This document shows positions 39,101-46,736 of a stretch of 64,000 nucleotides of DNA, piece after piece; position 1 is the stretch's first letter, and the number at the start of each line of letters is the position of its first letter. The translations under genes were made by a program, and so were the position numbers. Origin of the DNA: an uncultured Candidatus Saccharibacteria bacterium (lineage in GTDB: Bacteria; Patescibacteriota; Saccharimonadia; Saccharimonadales; JACDBH01); assembly GCA_965231105.1 (NCBI GenBank), contig OZ246417.1, positions 320,908 to 384,907 on the forward strand. Direction: 5' to 3'. Below the pieces are notes generated by a model. The model was not told the DNA's origin. It saw only the letters and a list, made by a program, of their open reading frames with translations, and did not search any database.

Positions 39101-40192
39101 TTAATCATCTGTAAGTGGTTTGTCAAGCAAGAGTGGTTCTACGCTTGGGCTTGCATCAGCTATCTTCACGACATCTTTATCAATTTTTCTCAGTTCCTTA
39201 TGCGCATTATTAAAGTGATTAACGGTTGTACCTAATGAGCCACCGAGTTTTTGCATTAATTGCTCGTACTGCCCGATGTGACGGCCCAATTCACCTACAC
39301 GGATTTGAATTTCTTTGGCCTGTTCTTCAATTTGGAGACTACGAAGACCTTGCAGGACTGTTTGGAGATAAGCCATGAAAGTAGTTGGGCTCACAATAAT
39401 CACATTCTTTTCTTGGAAGGCGTATTCAATAAGGTCGCGAGCCGAGGTGTTCGTAGTACCCACTTTGTTAACTAAAAGATCGTAATAAATAGCTTCGGAC
39501 GGAATGAACATAAATGCGTGATCCATAGTGCCGTCTTTTGGCCGGATATATTTACTCGTCTCATCAATGCGGTTTTTAAGATCCGCTTTAAATGCCCTCG
39601 CAAGATTCTCCCTTTGCGTTTTATCTTTTTCTTCAATGAGGCGATTATAGTTTTCAAGCGAGAATTTGCTATCGACAGGTAGCATTTTGCCCTTATCTAA
39701 AACAATCACGGCGTCACAAATCAGATCCCTGCCTTGCTCGTCACGACAAATTTTAAACTGCATCTTAAACCGTTCGGGTGGCAAGACATTTTCAAGTACC
39801 TGTTCGAGATAATACTCACCCAAAACACCACGCTGCTTAGGATTTTGTAGTACGTTTTGAAGTGTCTTGAGTTCATCAGCAACGTCCACGACGCGCTTGT
39901 TTGTATCGTCGAGTTTAGTGAGACGTTCGGTTACATCAGCAATGAGCTTGCTACTTTCAGAAAATTGCTTTTGGATAGAGGTTCGCATAAGTTCCTGGTT
40001 CTTATCCATTCGATCACTCAGCTGTGTGCTAATGCCTTCTTTAAACTTTGTAATATCTTCGCTCAAATTTCGAAGGTCTTCTTTTAGCAATAAGGCCGTA
40101 GTTTGATCCTGTTTAGGAGCAGTCTGATTTTTAAGCAAAAAAACGAGCAGCACCAACACAAGGCCACTCAATATAATGACAGCAATGACCAT
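39101..40192 (-). CDS. rmuC: DNA recombination protein RmuC
   Basis: N-terminal TM helix, coiled-coil, C-terminal RmuC nuclease-like domain (FMFIPSEAIY...). Strong SD AAAGGAGG. Confidence 0.88.
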   Translation of the reverse strand: MVIAVIILSGLVLVLLVFLLKNQTAPKQDQTTALLLKEDLRNLSEDITKFKEGISTQLSDRMDKNQELMRTSIQKQFSESSKLIADVTERLTKLDDTNKRVVDVADELKTLQNVLQNPKQRGVLGEYYLEQVLENVLPPERFKMQFKICRDEQGRDLICDAVIVLDKGKMLPVDSKFSLENYNRLIEEKDKTQRENLARAFKADLKNRIDETSKYIRPKDGTMDHAFMFIPSEAIYYDLLVNKVGTTNTSARDLIEYAFQEKNVIIVSPTTFMAYLQTVLQGLRSLQIEEQAKEIQIRVGELGRHIGQYEQLMQKLGGSLGTTVNHFNNAHKELRKIDKDVVKIADASPSVEPLLLDKPLTDD

Positions 40193-40367
40193 ATAAAGAA
40201 CCTCCTTTAAGGGGTTCGGTTAAATTTGAAAGGGGGAGGTGTTACCTTTCTATCCGCCGTTAAGAGCTATTGCTCGCTGGGCTTCGATATAAGCCAGTAA
40301 CTTTTCCATTGACCTCGAGGCAGAGAAATTCCCTGCCTCTTTTCACTATACCATAAGCGTATAGAGG

Positions 40368-41189
40368 CTATTCGTCGCTGTGCACTTCTTCTAGAGTCGA
40401 TATGCCAGAGTCTTCTTCATGCTCAACATGTATGTAGCGATGCGCCAACTGAACGCTAATTCCAACTATGAGTACTCCGGCCAACAACAGGAGTGCGCGC
40501 CAATCAAATAACTTATGCTTGGGTGCCTTTTCATGGATATCCGGAATAATATCACTAGCCGCGATATAGAGTAGGAAGCCTGCACTTAAACCAAGTAGGA
40601 AACCAATAGGCAAGATATCTGCATCACCAAGCGAGAAAGTAATGAGCGCAAATACTGTCGTGGCAAGTGCGCTCATTATGTTTACCAGGAGCACTCGGCT
40701 TCGCTTCATGCCTTTTGCAAGCAGCAATCCAAAGTCACCGATTTCTTGCGGTATTTCGTGTGCCGCCACTGCGATTGTTGTCACAATGCCGGTCGCGGGA
40801 CTCACCAAGAATGCTGCGGCAATGGCAACGCCGTCCATTGCATTATGTACCGTATCGCCAATGATAATGAGTGGTTTCGTTGCCCCATCCTTATCTTCAT
40901 GCGCATGCTGATGATGGTGATGAAACCAATGAAGCAGACGTTCTGCAAAGAAAAATGCTAACATACCCACCAATGTTGCGAGCAGCACCGTATCGGCCGA
41001 TGCTTCCTCAAGTCCATCTTTTAAAAGATCTAAAAAGACTGCAGCTAAAAGTGCTCCTGCTGCAAATGGAGTTGCGTATTCTGCCAGCTTATCCGCGATC
41101 GTATGCTTACTTAATAAAATCGCTCCTCCGATTAAAGAGAAGACGCCGCCCGCTAATGAGAGGGCTGTGAGTTGTAAGTATTCTGTCAT
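40368..41189 (-). CDS. ZIP family metal (zinc) transporter
   Basis: Multi-TM protein, His-rich loop HWFHHHHQHAHEDKD, AAHEIPQEIGDFG motif. Confidence 0.85.
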   Translation of the reverse strand: MTEYLQLTALSLAGGVFSLIGGAILLSKHTIADKLAEYATPFAAGALLAAVFLDLLKDGLEEASADTVLLATLVGMLAFFFAERLLHWFHHHHQHAHEDKDGATKPLIIIGDTVHNAMDGVAIAAAFLVSPATGIVTTIAVAAHEIPQEIGDFGLLLAKGMKRSRVLLVNIMSALATTVFALITFSLGDADILPIGFLLGLSAGFLLYIAASDIIPDIHEKAPKHKLFDWRALLLLAGVLIVGISVQLAHRYIHVEHEEDSGISTLEEVHSDE

Positions 41190-41204
41190 AGCGCTAGTGT
41201 AAAT

Positions 41205-41250
41205 GAGCGCTTATAATTTTTGCAAATTTGTCGCAAAAAGGATTATAATT
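41205..41250. promoter_or_regulatory. Divergent ZIP/zur promoter region with nested inverted repeats (candidate Zur operator)
   Basis: TTATAAT (41211-41217) and ATTATAA (41242-41248) flank the imperfect palindrome TTGCAAATTTGTCGCAA (41220-41236). On the plus strand, TTGCAA-18 nt-TATAAT (41244-41249) ends 6 nt before the zur ATG, so a leaderless mRNA is possible. Confidence 0.4.
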
Positions 41251-41255
41251 GCACC

Positions 41256-41696
41256 ATGACATCTGATATTCAAAGCTTTGAGCTCCGATTAAAAGAAGCA
41301 GGCTACAGCCTTACGGTTCCGCGCCGGTATGTCTTTGAAATGCTTCAGACCGCCTCTCCCCTTACCATGCAGGAACTTTATAGCCGATTAAGTGGCAAAG
41401 TGGATAGGACAAGCGTGTACCGGATCGTGACTCTATTTGAAAAGCTTGGCATATCACAACGCATTGCTCAAGGCTGGAAATATAAAGTAGAACTTACCGA
41501 TGCTTTTATACCCCACCATCACCACTTTACCTGTAACTCATGCGGGCGTGTTATCAGCTTTGATGAGCCGGAAGGACTTCATACTATGCTCAATGAAGTG
41601 GGTGCGCAAAGTGGCTTTACGCCCGAAACCCACACGCTTGAAATTCAAGGGCTTTGCAGCAACTGCAGTGCCTCACTTTTTACAGCCGGCGCCTAA
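41256..41696 (+). CDS. zur: Fur family transcriptional regulator (probably Zur)
   Basis: Winged-helix N-domain, HHHHFTCNSCGRV and CSNC metal-site motifs. Divergent from a ZIP transporter. Start at MTSDIQ (41256). Confidence 0.85.
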   Translation: MTSDIQSFELRLKEAGYSLTVPRRYVFEMLQTASPLTMQELYSRLSGKVDRTSVYRIVTLFEKLGISQRIAQGWKYKVELTDAFIPHHHHFTCNSCGRVISFDEPEGLHTMLNEVGAQSGFTPETHTLEIQGLCSNCSASLFTAGA

Positions 41697-41698
41697 AA

Positions 41699-42220
41699 CT
41701 ACCAACCACCCTTACTCTTAATACGGAACCGTTTGATAATAAGCCCATCGAGAAGCAGGTGGCTAAAGTAGCCACTCACGGCTGCTCCGTAGATCGCAAC
41801 ACCCGTTATCCATACATGCTTGCTGTGCAAATAAGGCACGAGGATAACCGGTAATGGCACAAGCACCATCGCGAGCTTTGAATGAGTCCAACCGCGGTGA
41901 TGCCCAACTATCGGTGTCATAGCCAGAAGACCTAAGTATGCAGCTGCTTCCAGCCTATCGGCAGCAATGAGCACTATGTCAGCAACAAAGGCGATACCAA
42001 AAAATATGTTTTGTCCTTTTGAGTTCGTGTCGACATCTGGCCAGAGTGCAAATAATACCGAAATAATAACCAGTGCCACAGCCATTTGCCAGCGACTCAA
42101 AACCCACACATTTTGCTGCAGTATATTGCCAGGAACGGAATTGATAATGCCTAAGAAACCGAGACCGAAAATGACCCCGCCGCCTGTATGCCCTTTGTAG
42201 CCTGCCATATGTATAAGCAT
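41699..42220 (-). CDS. Membrane-bound metal-dependent hydrolase, YdjM/DUF457-like
   Basis: Multi-TM protein with the HHRGWTHS motif. The start may be the second ATG at 42208. Confidence 0.65.
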   Translation of the reverse strand: MLIHMAGYKGHTGGGVIFGLGFLGIINSVPGNILQQNVWVLSRWQMAVALVIISVLFALWPDVDTNSKGQNIFFGIAFVADIVLIAADRLEAAAYLGLLAMTPIVGHHRGWTHSKLAMVLVPLPVILVPYLHSKHVWITGVAIYGAAVSGYFSHLLLDGLIIKRFRIKSKGGW

Positions 42221-42246
42221 AAGCTAGGCAGGAAGTAGGAGCAAAC

Positions 42247-42270
42247 AAAAAAGGACCGTTTGACGGGTCC
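42247..42270 (-). terminator. Intrinsic terminator
   Basis: Minus strand GGACCCG-tcaaa-CGGTCC followed by TTTTTT (A-run 42247-42252 on the plus strand). Confidence 0.7.
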
Positions 42271-42330
42271 TTCTTCGTTCGCGCCGCTGCCCTTTCGGGC
42301 TGCCTTGCTGATCACCTCACGATGACTGCA
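42247..42330 (-). ncRNA. Candidate ~80 nt structured RNA (stand-alone sRNA or attenuating leader of the ydjM-like gene)
   Basis: Bounded by a near-consensus promoter and an intrinsic terminator. Contains hairpin GCAGCCC-GAAA-GGGCAGC (GNRA loop). No ORF. Only 26 nt between the terminator and the downstream ATG. Confidence 0.45.
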
Positions 42331-42334
42331 TATC

Positions 42335-42362
42335 ACTATAAACCTATGCAAATACTTGTCAA
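42335..42362 (-). promoter_or_regulatory. Near-consensus sigma70-type promoter
   Basis: Minus strand TTGACA (42357-42362), 16 nt spacer, TATAGT (42335-42340), preceded by an A/T-rich UP-like stretch. Confidence 0.6.
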
Positions 42363-42427
42363 CAATGATTATTTATTTTTTAATATGCTTATGTTTACTT
42401 CTGTGGATAACTCTCTATGTTAACACC

Positions 42428-43054
42428 TTAAAGTAGTTCAGAACTATTCGTCATGAAAATGCCATTTATTTTGCCGCTGCCGTTAAAATTGAATGACACC
42501 ACATAGCCATTAGCCGACTTCCCTACTACTGAATTACTTGAAAAGTAATTTTTGTAATCACCACTGCCATAAGCTGCAAGAGTCGCATCATCAAGACTAA
42601 AGTCCCAAGGTGTCGTGGCCCCATCTAAATAAACAAGATCACCGATTGCCTCTGTTGGCGTACGTTCACCAATCCCTTCAGAAGCGGCAAGAATTACCGT
42701 AACGGTAGGAGCCATGTAACCTTCTAATGCTGCGGTGTTATCAGAAGTAATCGCCGCAGCAATATTATCTTTCGTCTCCTGGGTTGGTAATGTTTGGGCG
42801 CTCTGTGCATCTTCATCCTCTTCAGCATTATTTGCAGCAGACTGCTGTAAAGCAGCAATCTGATTCTCTAGCTGAGCAATCTTGTTTTTATCAGCAGCGC
42901 TTTGATCCTTTGCTTCTTTGTCGCGCCAATAAAATGCACCTGCTCCAGCGGCCAAGAGAACAAGAATTATGAAGATATATCCAACACTTTTAGTCTTTTT
43001 AACCTTTATGACGGGCTTTTCGTTTATAACGCTGACTTTTTCTGGTTCTTCCAT
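42428..43054 (-). CDS. Membrane-anchored extracytoplasmic protein (hypothetical)
   Basis: 208 aa. N-terminal TM helix, coiled-coil QLENQIAALQQ, C-terminal beta-rich domain. SD AAGAGGA. Confidence 0.55.
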   Translation of the reverse strand: MEEPEKVSVINEKPVIKVKKTKSVGYIFIILVLLAAGAGAFYWRDKEAKDQSAADKNKIAQLENQIAALQQSAANNAEEDEDAQSAQTLPTQETKDNIAAAITSDNTAALEGYMAPTVTVILAASEGIGERTPTEAIGDLVYLDGATTPWDFSLDDATLAAYGSGDYKNYFSSNSVVGKSANGYVVSFNFNGSGKINGIFMTNSSELL

Positions 43055-43116
43055 AGCATTTATCCTCTTATGCCTTTATAGTACCAGATGATGAAAGTAC
43101 GCGGGAAGCGAGTATA

Positions 43117-43923
43117 ATGAATCGTATGGATGACGATCTGAAGTCCGCCTCCAATTCAATGTCAGACCTACCGAATGAGCCGAAATATGCGCCCACCCCT
43201 GGTAAGCATAGAAAACGAGGTAAAACGAAGCTCGTTGTTATCGCCGCTCTTATTCTTATCATTTTTGCAGGATTCGCATTCTGGAATCTTTTCCTTAATA
43301 AGCCAAAAACAGAAACACCTGTCGCGACAACTCCCGCCCCAACTGTTACTGAAGAAGAATCCCCGGCTGGCGCAGATGTGCCCGATGCAAGCGCGACTGA
43401 AACATTTAAGAGCTCGACGCTGGGCGTTACCTTAACTCATCCCACAACTTGGAAAGTTACCGAAGCATCAGGAGGGGTACGAATAGAGTCACCCGAGTTT
43501 AATTATCAAACCGTAGACAAAGGAACGGTTACGGGTAATTTTCGGGTCTATATTCGTAAGGGCTCGCGTGACATAGATGGCACCTATATTGGTCGCGGTG
43601 TGGCCATTAAGCCCTCAGAAAAGCTGACATACACACAGCCAGCTCCGGGACAACGCACCGAAACGCTTCTTTCTTCATTTGGCTATGATACATCTGATAA
43701 CTTTGCGTTTTTCCTTATTGCCGGCAATTTCCAACTTAACAAAGAAGACACTTTGGGACCCGATTATGGCAAAGAGCCCGATACCTTTATTGTTGGGGGC
43801 GGCTATTCCGGAACAGAGTTAGTTGATGATTTTGCCTTTAATCAGGTGCTTACCGAAACATACGATCAGACCAACGCCTACGAGCAGGCTCACGATATTA
43901 TAGAATCATTACAGCTTCGCTAA
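43117..43923 (+). CDS. Membrane-anchored extracytoplasmic protein (hypothetical)
   Basis: 268 aa. Basic N-terminus, TM helix, Pro/Thr linker, ~190 aa globular domain. Confidence 0.55.
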   Translation: MNRMDDDLKSASNSMSDLPNEPKYAPTPGKHRKRGKTKLVVIAALILIIFAGFAFWNLFLNKPKTETPVATTPAPTVTEEESPAGADVPDASATETFKSSTLGVTLTHPTTWKVTEASGGVRIESPEFNYQTVDKGTVTGNFRVYIRKGSRDIDGTYIGRGVAIKPSEKLTYTQPAPGQRTETLLSSFGYDTSDNFAFFLIAGNFQLNKEDTLGPDYGKEPDTFIVGGGYSGTELVDDFAFNQVLTETYDQTNAYEQAHDIIESLQLR

Positions 43924-43959
43924 TTTTTATTATCCGCAACTTTGTGTCATAGTAGTGCT

Positions 43960-44961
43960 ATGAATACTTATGACGGTGCTGTATGGGAAAATGCAGGTCC
44001 AGAAGACCGAGCGAAACTCATGTTTCCTTTTGGAGCACTCGTTCAGGTTGCCTATGCCGAAACACTCCAAGAAGCAGGTACCGCTTCGGTAAGCCGTGCA
44101 ATAGCCCGACAAAACCTCATCGATTCTGAGGCTCTCGGTGGTAAGAGACCTTTATCAACCCATGAGCTCAGCCCTGCAGGTCGTTTTTTGCTCCACTTAG
44201 GTTCAACCGTAGCCGATCTAACCACAGATCGATACCAGGATCTTTTTACTCCCGAACAAATGGCTTGGATTCAAAATGGGAATGTATATTTTAAAGATAA
44301 TCATCACCGCGAATTTACGTCGTCGGCATTTGCAGCCCTGGGATATATGGTCATGTTTGTGGATACCGCCACGCAATATACGAACTTCCGCAAGCAGCGT
44401 TCGACTGAATTAGGCGAAACGATTAATACAGATTGGTTTGTCGATTTGGAACGAGAAGCTGCTGCCGCACCCATGAGTTATTGGTCCATTCCTCCATACG
44501 GTCGTAAAGCGCCCTACATAGACCGGATCGCTCAGCACGCCCGCGCAAAGGCAGGAAAATTGCGGTACAAATTTGGTGCCTCGCCGCTCGCAAAACGCGG
44601 AGAAGAAGGCTGGGGGCTCAGTTCCGCAGTAGCACTTGATATTGAAGACGAACGCATAAAGCGAGGCCAATTTAGCCGCGAAGGTGAAGTAACCGCCTCC
44701 ACCCCTACCTCCTGGTATTCGAGTAGCGGCTGTCCGGTGCGGCATGACCGCCTTGCACAACTAAAGCTTGAACGGACCCTTACAGCAGAACAAATGGCAC
44801 GAATACTCGACAGCAAACTATATAAAGCAAAAGATCGAAAACTTATGCTCCTTAAAGACCCGTACGCTCGAACTTCACAGGTAGCCGGAAAGCTTTTAAC
44901 AGTTTCTTCCAAAATCTTTGAAAGTGTTCAAAAAGAAGTCGACGCAGCAGCAAAACCTTAG
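43960..44961 (+). CDS. Hypothetical cytoplasmic protein
   Basis: Start set at MNTYDGAVW. The ORF is open from 43942. I recognise no family. Confidence 0.5.
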   Translation: MNTYDGAVWENAGPEDRAKLMFPFGALVQVAYAETLQEAGTASVSRAIARQNLIDSEALGGKRPLSTHELSPAGRFLLHLGSTVADLTTDRYQDLFTPEQMAWIQNGNVYFKDNHHREFTSSAFAALGYMVMFVDTATQYTNFRKQRSTELGETINTDWFVDLEREAAAAPMSYWSIPPYGRKAPYIDRIAQHARAKAGKLRYKFGASPLAKRGEEGWGLSSAVALDIEDERIKRGQFSREGEVTASTPTSWYSSSGCPVRHDRLAQLKLERTLTAEQMARILDSKLYKAKDRKLMLLKDPYARTSQVAGKLLTVSSKIFESVQKEVDAAAKP

Positions 44962-45827
44962 GCGTTAACGACTTCTCCACCATTCACATGAATAGTTTGG
45001 CCGGTAATATACGATGCCTCATCCGAAGCAAGAAACACAAAGGCGGGCGCAACTTCGTCTGGTTGTCCAGCCCTGCCTAAAGGTACATCTTGCCCAAAAG
45101 CGGTAACCTTTTCTGGTGGAAATGTGGATGGAATTAATGGTGTCCATATCGGTCCAGGCGCCACTGCATTAACCCGTATACCTTTAGCAGCCAGCGATTC
45201 AGATAGTGAGCGCGTAAATGAGACAATTGCTCCCTTTGTAGAGGAGTAGTCTAAGAGCTGCGGACTACCACGAAAGGCCGTTACAGATGTTGTGTTAATA
45301 ATTGAGCTACCCGCTTTAAGATGGGGGAGCACTGCCTTGCTCATAAAGAACATGGAGAAGATATTAGAACGAAAAGTACGCTCTAGCTGGTTCTTAGTGA
45401 TTTGCTCTATCGACTTTTGTGGGAACTGCTCGGCTGCGTTATTAATTAAAATATCAATCCGCCCAAAAGACTCATTTGCGAAGGTTACAAATTGCCGACA
45501 AAACCTTTCATTACCCACATCACCTGCGAGGCTAATGCATTTCTGGTTATACTCACGAACGAGTCGCTTTGTTTCGGCCGCATCTTTCTCCTCGTTTAGG
45601 TAGCAAAATGCGATATCTGCCCCTTCTTTTGCAAAAGCTACGGCGACTGCCCTACCAATACCGCTGTCACCGCCAGTAATGAGCGCAACTTTACCTTTGA
45701 GTTTCCCGCTTCCTTTATGGGCAGGGTTATCGGTGCGAGGCTGTAAGCCCATTACATGTTGCTTGCCAGGCTTAGACTTTTGTTGTTCAGGAGGTAATTT
45801 TTTTGGACGATTAACGGATGTGGACAT
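44958..45827 (-). CDS. SDR family oxidoreductase (YghA/YhdF-like)
   Basis: GKVALITGGDSGIGRA cofactor motif and an NNAA... catalytic region. 289 aa. Confidence 0.85.
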   Translation of the reverse strand: MSTSVNRPKKLPPEQQKSKPGKQHVMGLQPRTDNPAHKGSGKLKGKVALITGGDSGIGRAVAVAFAKEGADIAFCYLNEEKDAAETKRLVREYNQKCISLAGDVGNERFCRQFVTFANESFGRIDILINNAAEQFPQKSIEQITKNQLERTFRSNIFSMFFMSKAVLPHLKAGSSIINTTSVTAFRGSPQLLDYSSTKGAIVSFTRSLSESLAAKGIRVNAVAPGPIWTPLIPSTFPPEKVTAFGQDVPLGRAGQPDEVAPAFVFLASDEASYITGQTIHVNGGEVVNA

Positions 45828-45859
45828 AAAAATATCCTCTTAGAATAGAGGATATTTTT
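45828..45859 (-). terminator. 12 bp perfect hairpin + U-run between the LPXTG gene and the SDR gene; its 3' arm is the SDR SD
   Basis: Minus strand AAAATATCCTCT-attcta-AGAGGATATTTT-T-ATG (arms 45829-45840 / 45847-45858). Confidence 0.55.
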
Positions 45860-45901
45860 GCACGTAACGCGCGCTTGTCGCAGCGATATATCTAACTTTT
45901 A

Positions 45902-46651
45902 TTAGATTTCGCTTGCGCGACGACGTCGGTTACGACCAAGTGCGCCAGCGGATAGCACAACGCCACCAAGTGCTGCTGCAGCTAAGATAGGGAAGCCTGT
46001 AGCTGGAAGCTCTGGTCCCTTTCCAGGCGTGGTAGTAGTCGTGCCTGCTGGAGCTTCAGTGGTTGATGTGGTGCTTCCTGCAGTTGTCGTTGGAGCTTCA
46101 GATGTACTTGGAGCACCCGTTGTAGTTGGGGCTTCGCTAGTAGATGGAGCAGCTGAGGTAGTAGGAGCTTCGGTAGAGGTAGTAGAGGTTGAAGTAGTCG
46201 TTGGAGCGATTGTTGTCGTAGTAGTTGAAGTAGTCGTGGTTGTGCTTGTAGTAGTGGTCGGCTTTTCACATTCTTCAATATCAAACTTGTTCTTAGCTTC
46301 ACCACCTGGCCATACGGCCTTTACAACAACATGACCAGCACCAGATTGAACATAGATAGGCGCATTTGTCTCATTAACTTCAGTGTCGGGGTTATCTTCA
46401 GCTACAACACTGTTTGCCACAGTTTCGCCGTTAATAGAAACTGTGATGGTTTCGCCGACCTTGTCACCAAAATCAAATTTATTAATAACAATTTCTGGGT
46501 TTGAGTTAGCATTAACGCCATCTGTACAGTCGGCAGCCATACCAATATTTGCATGGTGAGCAGAAGCATCGCCTTCGTATAACGCAACAGTACCGACACT
46601 TAGGGCGGTAGCAGCGATTGTTCCACGAACCATTGTTTCAATCTTGTTCAT
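45902..46651 (-). CDS. LPXTG-anchored Thr-rich cell-surface protein
   Basis: Signal peptide, ~130 aa globular domain, long T/S/P/A stalk, then LPATG + hydrophobic helix + RNRRRRASEI tail (a sortase sorting signal). Confidence 0.8.
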   Translation of the reverse strand: MNKIETMVRGTIAATALSVGTVALYEGDASAHHANIGMAADCTDGVNANSNPEIVINKFDFGDKVGETITVSINGETVANSVVAEDNPDTEVNETNAPIYVQSGAGHVVVKAVWPGGEAKNKFDIEECEKPTTTTSTTTTTSTTTTTIAPTTTSTSTTSTEAPTTSAAPSTSEAPTTTGAPSTSEAPTTTAGSTTSTTEAPAGTTTTTPGKGPELPATGFPILAAAALGGVVLSAGALGRNRRRRASEI

Positions 46652-46688
46652 AAATACTTATTCTCCTTCAACGAACTTTGAGACTCCT

Positions 46689-46733
46689 ATATTCTCACAA
46701 AAATAAGTAAAAGTCAACAAAAAAGTGTGAGAA
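46689..46733 (-). promoter_or_regulatory. Candidate promoter of the LPXTG gene bracketed by an 8 bp inverted repeat
   Basis: Minus strand TTGACT (46712-46717), 17 nt spacer, GAATAT (46689-46694), with TGTGAGAAT as an extended -10 option. Inverted repeat TTCTCACA (46692-46699) / TGTGAGAA (46726-46733). Confidence 0.4.
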
Positions 46734-46736
46734 ATA

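Noticed and set aside
40317-40344. The hairpin GAGGCAG-N9-CTGCCTC followed by TTTT on the plus strand looked like an intrinsic terminator.
   Set aside because: No plus-strand gene lies upstream to terminate, since the nearest one ends at 38902. On the minus strand it lacks a U-run. It is treated as part of the rmuC leader/ZIP 3' region rather than an annotated terminator.
42247-42330. Considered whether the small structured RNA is the SRP (4.5S/ffs) RNA, because of its size, its GNRA-capped hairpin and GCAGC/AGCA-like strings.
   Set aside because: The conserved domain IV layout (5' ..GGUCAGG-UCC-GGAA-GGA-AGCAGCC.. with symmetric and asymmetric loops) does not fit. Here the residues flanking the tetraloop form a continuous 7 bp helix, and the AGCA string is on the wrong (5') side. 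The 5' and 3' ends also do not form the long closing helix. The RNA is left as unclassified.
46029-46334. 101 aa plus-strand ORF (poly-Val/Gly) and an alternative-frame minus ORF at 45982-46305.
   Set aside because: They are mirror or shifted readings of the Thr/Ser/Pro repeat DNA of the LPXTG protein stalk, which is a low-complexity artefact.
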